The translations under genes and the position numbers were made by a program. Positions 47,437-60,300 of a stretch of 64,000 bases of DNA are shown one piece after another. Positions within the stretch are counted from its first letter, which is position 1, and each line of letters opens with the position of its first letter. The notes under the pieces are model-generated. The model did no database searches, was not told where the DNA came from, and saw nothing but the letters and a program-made list of their open reading frames with translations. The stretch is from the NCBI GenBank assembly GCA_050084515.1, contig CM114271.1, forward strand, positions 1,116,001 to 1,180,000, read 5' to 3'. The stretch comes from Blasia pusilla (Eukaryota).

Positions 47437-50400
47437 TCTATACTATTATGGCCGAATACATTCTCGTTGTGCAAACGCTTATGCTCTTGATACGTGGCCT
47501 TTTGCGCCTATGAGGGTATACTCTAATCGCATTTTTGCACGTGTGGATGAGGGTCGGGCTGCTTCCCCACGTCTTAGGGTTTTCATGGATCCGCCGCATT
47601 TTTCTAATAGTTTTCTTTTGAATGCTTTCAAACTCTGTACTTAGACAATTACTGTCTGACAAGCGGCATCCATCGATGAGGTTACCCTCTGATTCCTCAA
47701 AGGGTTGTCATTGTCTGCTCTTAGGGTTTAGAAGCTTAGGCAACAAGGTATTTATTGCTTCCATCAAAATTTACAAAGTCCTTTCATTGTGCACACTCCA
47801 ACCTCTGCTTAGGTCACGTTTGCTTTTAGGCTGCATAGAATTGGGCATTGCATAATTAAAAATCTAGACATGCATCATCGTGTAAATGGAAATACCGCAC
47901 AAAACAAAGGTGCTTATATTAGAGATGTGTTCTTTGATCCTACAATTTGGATTCCCGCGATTGGTTGCGAAATTGGTATATTTGTGATAACACCTAGTGG
48001 CCATCTCTCTATGTTCGGTAATAATCGGCCAACACTCCCCATCAACATCACACACGGCAAAACTATGAATTAAACTTGAGAAGAGAAATGAAGTGAAATA
48101 AATTGTTAGAAATTGTATGAAGTGAAATAACATATTAAAAATTAAATTTTAGAAATTGAAGGTGAAAGGTCTAGATTGAATGCAAAGGAATAATGAAAAA
48201 GAGATATTTGTATGCCGCCTTTTTTTTTGAAATTATTTATTTTAGAATAAATAAATAAAAACCTAAATAATTCAAACAAAATTTGGAAGAGTGAAGGAGG
48301 ATGGTCCCCAAGAAAATTGGAAAATTTGAGGGGGAAAAATTAGAGAAGAATTTACATGGGAAGGGGGAAAAAGGGAGAGAAAATTTTCTTGCCTAGGTTT
48401 GGGCAACCGGGGTTCGGTAGCCCGAACCTGGGCCTAACCTAGCCTTCCTCCCCAACCCTAAGGTTTGTAGCCGCCGCAAGTCTTTCATGGGCTCACGTTG
48501 CTCTGTACAATGGCGGCCAAAAACCTGACTACCACCGCTACACGCGCGACCTTCTCATCCTATGTTCCTCGGGTTTTTCCTCGCCATTGTAGTGTGCAAC
48601 CAAGGATCAACTTTCGCTCAGGTTTTGTAGCCGCCGCATGCATGTTTAGCCTGTGAGATCTGCCGCCGTTAGATCTCAGATCTAATGGCCCATGAAAGCC
48701 GCCGCGGCCCCCTAACCCCCTTCCCCCTACCCCACTACCCCTGCCCACCGCGCCAAGGCAAACCGTAGGATCTGAAATCCTACGACGCCTCCCACTTAAA
48801 CCCTAAAGGGCGGCTTTGATCTAAATCCTTAACGACTCTGATCTGAGCCGCCGTCGAGCAACAATTCCCCCCTTCGGCCTTCCCCCTATCATGCACCTTC
48901 GACGTCATTTTGAAGGTTGTATCTCGCCTCTTAGCAGCCTGTCTCTCGTGTTCGTATGCTTCCCGTGCACTCATTTCTGGCCGCTCTTGCTTGTGCTCTG
49001 ATTTCCATCTGCCCTTGCTCGTGCTCTCATTTTTGTGCGCCCGAAAGCGCTTCATGGTGAAGTTTAGCCTGCGATGGTGGTTCAAAGTATTCCAACTAAT
49101 TCAAATGAAGAGCTTATGGCTATTGGTAGTTGATTCTTGAGGTACATATCTAAATTTTTACATCCTCGTTCAAAGTCTCATTTTTAATTTGTATATATAT
49201 TATGTAATATATTGATGTTTTCTTGGGCCTTTCAATAAGGATGGAGGAATGGTAAGAGAAAATCAAGAAGCTCATATTCCATCCACAGATCGAATACATG
49301 TATCACCAAGACGGGAATTATGTGATAGTGCCCTCCATGAAGTTATTGAGACTATATCTACGACAAGGCCAAGTACTTATGTGATACCAGAAGTTGAGTT
49401 ACCTATCAATCTTCCGATTCTAATTCAACATGAAGTTGTTGAGAATTCTTTGACTCTACCCCATCCCGGGGATGAAGTAAGGTCAAGAGTAGATCTTATA
49501 TCTTCTACCATTAATGGAGTTGTGTTATCTCCACAAAATGCCACTATACCAAATGCTTCTAGGATTGCTACGTTGTCTGTTGTTCAGAGGGTTGTAAGAT
49601 TAAATACATTAGTAAATCTTGCAATAAGACCCAATTTCCAAGAAAGTGATATTAAGAAGTTGAGATTACAAGGGAGTTTGAATCGTATCAGCGGTCGTCA
49701 TACCTTGGGTTCCATAAGAGAGATATGCCCATCATGTCATACGTTACATTGGAGATATGAAAGAGTGAAAGGTATCAAGTTTAGTGACTCACCATATGAC
49801 ATGTGTTGTGGCCATGGGAGAATATATTTACCACTTTTGAAATCATCTCCTCCTTTTGTGAAATCCTTGATATCAGGTGTTGGTCCTATAAGTCTTCATT
49901 TTCTTGCAAATGCAAGAGCTTATAATTATGCGCTTCAACTTGCATCCACTGGAGTGCATGTAAATGAACCAATAGGTGGCACTGGACACTTTAGGGTCCA
50001 GGGTGGCATCTATCATTCTATTCAACCCTTACATCATGATATAGGAGGTCATCCCCAATTTGCTCAACTCTATGTCCATGATATTGCAAATGAATTGGAG
50101 AATCGTGGAAGAGTTATGTCTAGATCTTCTGATCTTAATATAGATATTTTGAGAGAGCTACAAGACATGTTACATGAATGCAACCCATATGTCAAGATCT
50201 TTCGTCATATGGCATATGAAGAAATTAACCTTAATATGAGCATCATCCTCAAGGCAAGTAAGAGAGGTCTCGATGCTAAGCATTATAACTCACCAATTGC
50301 ATCTGAGGTTGTGGCTATTTTGTCGGGTGATGATAGTGAACATGTTGACTATCGTGATATAATTGTACAACTACATGGAGGAGGAGTGAAGCGTATATCA

Positions 50401-53400
50401 AGCCTCAATGAAGCATATATTCCACTATATTTTTTTATACTATTTATCTATCGTGACGCAAGTTGGCATCATGGAATACCCTTTGGGAGGATTGAAGGCC
50501 ATAGAGAATCTGATCGATTAGACAGGATTATTCATGAGGAGGGACACCTGCAACCTTAAGAAGATTGGATGGATGGGAAAGAGTTGATGGTGACATTGTT
50601 GAGGAAATGAAAACAAAGAGTGTTACAACCTTGCAATTTGCATGTTTTCGACTTCAAACACGTATTGGAGGTGAAGATGACAATCGCTTATTGTGGTTTG
50701 GCCAACTTACTCAAGAATATATGGTTGACCTCTATGCTACTGTAGAGATGCAACGATTATCGTGGGTTTGCTTGAATCAAAAGGAGTTAAGGTCTGAATT
50801 ATATCAAGGTGTAAAAGATGCCATGCATCGACATGATGTGGATAGTCGGAGGTTTGGGAAGCGTATTATATTACCTTCTTCTTTTACTGGAGAGCCACGT
50901 CACATGCATCAATTATATCAAGATGCAATGGCAATTGTAAGACATTTGGGGAAGCCATACTACTTTTTTACTATGACATGCAATCCATAGTAAAAAATAT
51001 TACTGTGGATTACATTAGCCTTATTACTTGGTCAATCAGTTGCGGACCGACCAGATATGGTCGTAAGGGTTTTTGAGAAAAAAAAAAAAGGAGTTGTTAA
51101 GGCTTATTATCAGGAAGCAAATATTGGGATGAGTTGTAGGATACATCCATGTGGTGGAATTCCAAAAAAGAGGTTTGCAGCATGTACACATTCTTATTAT
51201 ATTAGGGCGGGAGGATATACCACGTACCACACATGATTATGATCATATTATTTTAGAAAAAATCCCTGATCAATCTATCCATCCAAGGTTGTATTCTACC
51301 CTTGCGAATTGTATGTTTCATGGGCCATGTGGACCATTAAATCCAAATGCACCATGTATGGATAAGGAAACAAAAAAGTAACAAAGGCTATCCTAAGGAT
51401 TTTGCGGCCAAGACTATAGAGACGGAAGATGGTTGCTCGATCTATCGTAGGTAAGAATTCTTTAATTTTGGTTTATCTTTATTATTGTAAGGCGTATGAT
51501 GCCCACGTAGTATTGGAAAGCATATTCATGTTTTGTTACCGTGTTTTTGTAGATTGGAGAATGGGAGGGCGATGATTAAGAGCCAACATTCATTGGATAA
51601 TCCTATAATCCTATGTTATGCAACCACTTCGATTGTCACATTAATCTTGAAATCACAAGTAGTATTTCTGCCGTCAAGTACTTATACAAATACGTTTGTA
51701 AGGGGTCAGATGCGGTGTCATTTAAGTTGTCACAGGACATTGATACATCTAATGCAATTGAGGTTGTTGACGAGATAACATCATATCTTGATGTACGGTA
51801 TGATTTCGCTACTTCATTGATGTGATGCATTATATTCTATTACTTATCTATCATGTTCATTCTCCTCACTTGAATTTTTGGAATTGTTTTTTTTCCAGAT
51901 ATATATCTTCTTCATAAGCATGTTGGCGTCTCTTCAAGTTTTCTGTACATGTTGAACTTCCAAGTATTATGAGATTAGCAATTCATCTTCCGGAGCAACA
52001 AATAGTCTACTTCAATGATGTTGACCTTCCTCAAGATATTTTGCAACTAAGCAGAGAGACAACTCTGACGCAATGGTTTGCAACCAATCTATTTGATTCC
52101 ACTGCTCGACAATATCTATATATAGAGTTTCCTTCATATTATCATTGGAGTAACAAGAGATGGATTTGTCGGGTAAAATAATTTAATGATTGTGGCCATC
52201 TCATTGGCCGCTTATACCTTACTCATCCAGGTAAATACTTAAAAGTTGGTTATATACACGTGCTTTTATTTATATATTTACTAGCCTCACCCATTTTCTT
52301 TTATATATAGATAGTTAAGCTAAATTTTCTCACTTTGTCATAGGCAAAGGAGAACGATATTGGTTGAGATTACTCCTCCATCATGTTTGAGGAGCAACTA
52401 CATATGAAAGCTTGAGAATTATTCATGGGATATTATGTCCAACATTCAAGGAGATTACTATCCAATTGGGACTTCTCAAGGATGATAGGGAGATGTTTAC
52501 TTGCTTTGAAGAAGCTTCCATAATCCGTACGGGTTCTTCACTACGCCGTCTCTTTGCAATTATTCTAGCTTACAACACACCTTCCTAACTTGCAATATTA
52601 TGGAGTCAGTTCTTGGTTCCATTGGTAGAAAATCTCTTATATGAATGACGTCAGGTAAGAATCCAATACTAACACTCCTTACATAAATTTTTTCTTCCTA
52701 ATAGTATAAATATTTTCCATCTTACTTATGTTGAGAACTCTTCCATTACAGAAAATAGGAATTCCCAATCTTCCTACTGATGATGCTATCATTAATATCG
52801 CATTATTGGAAGTCCATTATTATTTACAAGATCAAGGAGAGAGACTATCTGACTTCCTAGATATGCCCCAAGCTAATTTGGAAAGCCTTCATTCACACTC
52901 ATATTTGGAGGAACAAGAGCTATCATATGACATGGAAGAAATATTTGAGCAAGTGCAATTGGGAGAAGCATGTCTAAACGAAGGACAACGCATAATATGG
53001 GACGATATACATGATGAGTTTGATCAAATATGCGTGAATGCTCCACCATCTCCCAAAAAAATTTGCATCGATGGTCCGGGTGGAACTTGAAAAACATTTT
53101 TTTATAATCTTCTTCTTGCAAGTGTAAGGAGCACTAGAGGTATAACTTTGGATGTAGCATCATCTAGTATAGTTGCCCTATTGTTAGACGGAGGACGTAC
53201 TCCTCATTTGCGCTTCAAAATCCCCATTAATCTTCATGAAAGCTCTACTTGTAAGTAAGTGCCATAAGTTGTTCTAATTAGGTTCAATTACGTTAATACA
53301 TCAAATATAATTTAATTACTCAAATTATTTCAGCTTCTAATTTTCTTCCCTTTTTTCTGATAGTTTATCGTTCAATACTGATGGAGCCCACTAAATTCGT

Positions 53401-54693
53401 GAGGCGATGCTCATTATATGGGATGAGGCACCTATGGCTCATCGTCATGCCTTTGAGGCCGTGAATCAAACCTTACATGATATCATGAGAGTTGTTTCGG
53501 ATGATTTACGGTAATTACCATTCGGTGAAAAACTTACGGCATTTGGTGGAGATTTTTGTCAAGTGTTGCCCGTTGTTTGTCATGGGGATCGGCAACAAAT
53601 CATCCAAGCCAACATAAAGAGATCTAAAGTAAGGGTCATGAAGTTGAAAACAAACATGAGAGTTCAAAGGTTGGATGGTCATTTCCGTGATGAACAACAA
53701 ACTTTTGCTGATTGGTTATTGGGAGTGGGAGAGGGTCGTGTACCTTTACATCCTCATTTGGGAGAAGACTTCATACGATTACCATCTGAAATTATTACTA
53801 ATAGTAACAAGATATGTGATCTTATTGATTTGATCTATGGAAATTTTCCTAGCCGATTCCATGACATTGATTTCATAAGAGATACGGCTATTTTGACTCT
53901 AAGAAATAAAGATGTTTATGACATAAATGTAGACGTTATGTCTTGGTTCCTTGGAGAGTTAATCCTTTAGACTTATCTCCTTTGTACTTCTATCAATATG
54001 TGGACTATAAGTTTGGATTCTAATATTACCTTTTTCACTAATTCATCACATATTGTGTACAAGAGCATATTTACGAGAGCGTCGATTCTATTCGAATGAG
54101 GGGATGAGTCATATCTACACAACTTAATTCTTGAACACATGCTTGCCTTCTAGACTTTTTCCGCACCGTTTGTGTTTGAATATTGGTGCACCAATTATGC
54201 TCTTATGAAACATTAATGGGTCATATAGATAAGCAAACGAGACAAGATTGGTGTTTCGTGGATTTATGAGACATTGCATCGATGCTCTAATTATCACTGG
54301 GAAGAATATTGGAGAGCACATTTTTATTCCACGTATTCCATTGATTGCATCAGATTCCGGTTTGCTATTTGATTTACGTAGATTTCAATTCCCTATTAGG
54401 ACGGTTTTTGCTATGACTACTAATAAGTCTCAAGATCAAACTTTGCAAAATTTTGGCATTTACTTGCCTAGTCTTGTATTTTCTCATGGTCAATTATATG
54501 TAGCATTATCTAGAGTAGGAAAGAAAAGTTCCATCCACATTACCATTGGAAGGGATGAACATTCAAATAAAGAAGGTAACTACACGCGAAATATAGTGTA
54601 AAAATAAATATTGAGATGAAATAAATTTTATAAAACGTATCTTGCCTTTATACTACCTTACTTCATCCATGCATCGCACGGGCATCTTACTAG
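47437..54693 (+). mobile_element. Full-length Helitron H2 (degenerate)
   Basis: 5' A|TCTATACTA, 3' hairpin CCATGC-ATC-GCACGG followed by CTAG|T, A|T insertion site, RepHel gene inside. Confidence 0.9.
49249..54601 (+). pseudogene. Helitron RepHel (HUH Rep + PIF1-like helicase), intron-containing, with stops
   Basis: CPSC..CCGHG zinc motif, FTMTCNP, EFQKRGLQHVHIL, KYLYKYVCKG, IDGPGGT*KTF, IIWDEAPM, FGGDFCQVLPV, FAMTTNKSQDQTL, FSHGQLYVALSRV. GT-AG introns start near 51451, 51799, 52231, 52655, 53251 and 53958. Confidence 0.95.
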
Positions 54694-54823
54694 TAAATAG
54701 ATATTAACCATTTCATAAAAGAGGTCCCAGAAACTTCTGAAGATTATTACACTTAGTATTTGCATATCACAATAAAAAAAACGCACGAATGAAAGATTGG
54801 ATAACCAAGAGTAATTTTATTCA

Positions 54824-56396
54824 TCTATCTATATTATAATAGGAGACCCTACAAGTACAATAACACAAAATAATGAGTGAATAAGACAAAAGAGCAACTT
54901 GTATGCATTTTGTTCTTGAGTAGCATTAGATGGTTAGAGAGAACAAATTTGAGTGGATTATGCAAAATATTTGTATTAATCAACCAAATTGCGGCCCGGT
55001 TTCAGGTTTTGGGGTTGGAGATACAAGGAGTAAAGAGAGAAAGGAGGAGCACGGGAAGAGAATACGACATTCACAAAGGGAGTAACACGCCAGAGAAATT
55101 AACTAACACGGAAGAGTGAGTTTGTTTTTATTAGATCCACATCCACGGTTAAAGGATAACCCATCCACGATTGAAAATCATTTGCAGAGGCAGGAGAACT
55201 TTTGTTCTCTTGCCATTGCACTCCAAATCCATTCCCCCATACCTGCATTAAAAGTATATGTGGTTTCAAGAGAAAGAAAAGAAGTTAATACTGCCTAGTA
55301 GTAGGGGCCGTAATTAATAGTTGATAATTTATTAATGTATAATACTGTGGATTATCCTAATTGAAAATAAGATGGGATAATTTTATTTTTTCTTAATGCA
55401 TGTTTGATGGGAAGGGAAAACGAATTTCATTGGAGAAGGAGTATATTTTGTTTAAATTTTATTGAAGGAAGGAATTATTTAGGGGATTGGGATATCATCT
55501 AAATTTTAATTGAGGAGTGGAATTATTGGAAAGAGTAGAATGTTATTACTCTTAAGAGAATAGAAATTCTATTTCAATTTTGAATTGAAAAATCTGATTA
55601 TTTTTGAAAATAAAAAGTTAACTCACATGTGACATTTTTGGAAAGGAAAATTAATTTGAATGGAAAAAGGAAATGATTTTATTAATTAAAATTAGGTGAG
55701 AATTTAGTTAGTGAATGTTATTTTGGTGGGACAAGTTGAAGGGGAAGGGTAGGTACTCTTATAACTTTTACGCAGGAGTCAAATTATTTAGAGGAGTTGG
55801 GTATTATTTAAAAGTGAGAATTTATTACTCTTTTAATGTTTTAAAAATTGGAAATTATACTTAAATTTTTAAATGAAAAATATTAAAAAATTGAAAAATT
55901 AGTTTTTTGGGCAAGCATGGGCATGTTAACTACTACTTTCTATAGTTATTCTTACTTCCCTATGTTGACTCCCCTGCTTCATTTTAAATTTGATTTTTAA
56001 TCTTTCCTATTGAAAATTGAACACACACTTTAATATATTTCTTATGAAACGTTCCCTTTGTAAAAATATCATATTTTTTTCTCTTCCTCTCTCCTATTGA
56101 AATCAATCATTAAGAAAAGAATTGCAAAGTGCTCCCTCGATGAAAAAAATTATCCTTTTATCTCTTTCCAATTTCTATTAGAAATTTATTCATTATTTCT
56201 CCTCCCCACTCATCTTTATTATCATTGGAAAGTGCCTCTTAATTTTGAGATCACCTCTTATTTTGGCACATGTCCTTTCTAGTTAATAGAATTGCTAGTT
56301 GTCTAAGCCAATAGGATCGTTAGAATTCAATTCTTCACTCATAATGGATAATTCAAAATTATACATCCGCGCATCGCACGGGCATTCTGCGTGTAG
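54824..56396 (+). mobile_element. Probable non-autonomous Helitron
   Basis: 5' A|TCTATCTATATTATAAT (the start could be 54828). 3' hairpin CCGCGC-ATC-GCACGG (56367-56381) followed by GTAG|T. No coding capacity. Confidence 0.65.
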
Positions 56397-57371
56397 TAAA
56401 TGGTATTAAAATTTGATTTATTCTCTAATCCAAACAGATCGTATGATTAAGGGATCTTGACCTCGGGTTGACTAACCCGAAAGTGAATATACGTGAGGTA
56501 TTTGCGTACAAGTGTGTTTTCTTATGCATAAGTAGATGTGGCTTTATGTAAAGTAGGTATTAGGGGTGTAATTCATACTAGTAGGTACCTATGCTATGAA
56601 TTAGAGGAGGTAATGGTGGATAATTTGAATTACCTATCACTAAATCCCATAACGGAACCCAAATCTACTTTGATTCCCCTAATCAATCCAAAATCTACTC
56701 AAAAGACTAAAAAATTGGACCCTAATTTAACTAACCAAAGAATTGATTCTAAATTATCAAGGACACATATTATGATGTGAGTGGCTAAAAATGCCATATA
56801 TCAACTAGGGAGGAGTTTGAAATTTGAAGTGGCACTCTGCAATAATTATATAGATAGTAGTGGAAGATGTTGATACATCCAATAGAGAACGTGTGTTTAT
56901 GGGAAATATTGTCTCTAGGGAAATTCTTACGTATAAAATTCATTTTGTATTGTAGCCATATGAACCAATATTTCCTACTAGTTTAACAAATTAGAGCTTG
57001 TTAGAAATAAAGTAACCTCATTTACAATGCAGATAACTACCTACCATTTTATTCCTTCTCACACTCTTTTTTCAATGTGTTGGGGCAGCAACATTACGTA
57101 AGGTTACACGAATATTTGTCCTAATAAATTTTTGTGCTTACACATACTATATTTACTAGTGTAGACCTGTGGGACATAGGGGATTAATAATGGTTAATTT
57201 GACTTATCCATCACTATCTTTATCTCACCCCAATTCAACAACCCCTCACTAACCACCAAGGACACACGTCAAAACTTGATTGAAAAAAATGACAATTGTT
57301 TGAAAATCAAGAGGGCCCTCTCCAATATAATCTCTTAGTATATAAGAGTATGGTCCAATAATCCATAATAA

Positions 57372-60300
57372 TCTATACTATAATGCGAGGAAGGGGGGGT
57401 TACCTCTTTTGGAAAAAAAATTTTCCCAAAGAAGTGAAGTCCTCCATAAATAATCATCTATAATGGTAGCTTAGCAGAAAAAGTTCAAAAAAAATCAAAA
57501 TCAAATCTACGAGAAATCTTCCGTGGACTTCTATGTGAAAATTTTCCACCGGCTTATTTATGAATGAGTCAAGTTTTTTTGGGATTTTAATGGGACATTT
57601 GTCAGTTCAGAAATAAAAGAGGAAACTCTTTGAACGTTTCTTAAAATTTAGCTATTTTATGGGGACTCTATCCCATACGGTTTATTTTCTGACTTGTGCC
57701 CCGGTTCCATTGGTTGAATGTTTGTGGTCGATTTGATTTGATTTGATACCTTTATGTGCTAAATCGCATCTTCCAGAGGAAGCCATACACCTGGTAGTCT
57801 TTGATCATTCTTTAGAGTCGATAAAAGGCTTAAGAGTCAAGAATGGAGAGACGGGTCTGTATCGGCTACTATTTTGACAGTGGAGCAAGTGGAGTGGAGC
57901 GTGTGGAGGCGCTGCAATCGAGCTAAGTTTGGAGCATGAGGGAGCTGCTGCAGAGAAAATTGCCGCCAGCTGAAGTGAGGAAATATCTAGAACCACCATT
58001 CCTACGAGCTATGTGCTACTCAGATCAAATGTGTGCCATCTGTGATTGAGCAAAAAATTGAGTGAACCGCTTTTACTGGCGTGAAATAAGTACTCTAATA
58101 TTCTGGCTATGTGCGCTTTGCACCAGGTTAGCACGAGTCGATCACGCATAGCATTCGGAACGAGTCAGGTTTGGAATCGAGAGATCCGCACGCTGGATTC
58201 TTGACCCTGGTTGTATTCTGTATGTGTTGTGTGCATGCTTCCTGCAATTGCAATACAGTGAATCAACATAATGAGAAAATCGTTGCACGTTCTCTCAATC
58301 CCGGACGTGAAACATGAGGATTACAATGTGGGGCTCCCAGTAACTTTTCAAATTCAGCTTCGAAAAGTTAGTTTCTTCTCTGCCACAGCCCAAATATATC
58401 GTCGTTCTCCATTTCATCTCCTCTTTCTTTCTCCCTAAACGCCCTGTGACTGCCCAAGAGCTCATCGCCTCATCAAAGAAGACCTTGCAGTCCCGCACAT
58501 GGTAATTCTTCGGTGTCCGATCCGATTTGGTCAATGTTGGAACCTAAGGTGAGCTTGCTTCGTCGCCGACCTTAGCTGGTCCGAGGCATCGCATTTGAGA
58601 ATGCGTTCATGAGCTTCGGACGGCAGGGGTGCGTAAGAGATTTTCGACACGGCTACACCACCAATCCCACCCTTTTACCAATTGGAATGATGTCTCGGAT
58701 CCGATCGCCACGATCGATTCAAAGCAGCCCCACTACGCATATGTTCATATTCCTTTAAGCCATAGGCGCTGTTTCTATTACGACTTTACAATTCTTGCCA
58801 TCGGAGAGACAACAGACCGAGGCAGTTGTTGACAAATTGCTTGGACGGGAGCGGTCCGATTCGAAACGAGATTTCTCCGCCTGTAGACGCTTTCCCCGTC
58901 GGTCGAAATGAGTCATCATTCGCGCAGGTAAGAGAGGTACTAGAGTAATGACAGCTTCTGTCAGTTATTAGCACGGTTTGCTCTACGTTGTAGCCAGATG
59001 GACGGAAGGGCCGAATCATCACGATGGATGGAGGAAGAAGTAATCCTTCTGGAACGCATCTATCTCAGAAGCTGAGCCGAAAGTTGGCAGATTGGGCACA
59101 CGAGAAAATGATGCGAACCATTAAGGACCATAAACAGCCAAATGGGGATTTATTTCAACTGGAAGAGCTTCCTCCACTTCTTCTCTCCGTCGTAGAAGAA
59201 GGACACAGCGCCATACACATCCAGAGCTTTACATGAATCTGAAAAATTGCATCCATGGGAAGCTCAATTATACAATTCAGCTATCCCAACAACCAACGTC
59301 CCCGGACTATCCATGAACGGCACGCGGAACCAGGTAGCACTCTAGCTTGACAAAACAGAAAGAGTCAGATCTGCCAGCTACTTCGAATCTATCACGCCTT
59401 CAAGCTACCCTTTGGACCGTTGTCATTGGACGATCTAGAAAGACTGGGACTCCTCGTGAACTTGGATATCAAATCTCAGCCTATAAGTGTTCCTCTCGAG
59501 CCTCTCATATCTCACGACTCATGGCGCCGGCGAGTCCCCGGGTTCCACCGACCACGGCGAGCTCTTGGTTCTGTCTTCTTCATCGCGACGTCATTTCAAC
59601 ACACCCCTCGGTGGATCTGGCGTTGGCAAATCGCCTCTCGCCTTCGATTTCGGCATTTCGTGGAAGTTGATGGTGGCAGATCTCGACCCTAAACCCTTTC
59701 CACCTGATGGTTTTGATGTAGAAGTCTGGACCTCTAACATCGCCGATGTGCTTGGAGTCCTTATCCTCGTAAATGCCGTTCTTTGCCCCTGGAGTTGGAA
59801 TCCTTGTTGGTCACCCTGTTCGAGAACACGATTCCCCCGCCTCTGTTCTAGTCCCCGCCGGAGCTCAGGCAATCTCGGACTCGGGTCCGAACACGCCCAA
59901 GTTGTTCTTGCTAGACTCGTGTTTCGAAGATATCGAACCGAAGGTTCTGGTTTTGTCGGCGGCCTGCACCAGGCATACGCCGCCAAGAAAGACGTTGACG
60001 GAAAGAGCTAACAGTATGTTACTGCGGGCCATGGTGACAGATTCCTCGAGCATAAATTCAGATCCTGCATGAATCCACTCAGCTTTATAAGGATCACGGT
60101 AAAATTACCTGAAACTAAGATCTCAACATAGACTTCGTAAACTCACAAGCACATAGCATGAGCCGGAAGGACGAAGCCCGCACACATTGTTCTATCGATC
60201 AAACGTGGCCAAGACGCCATGCGATGCTGCATTTCAATTGGACAAAATCGCCGCCGAAGCCCCGATTTCGCGACGAAATCTCAGGGCGTCGTACGAGCGC

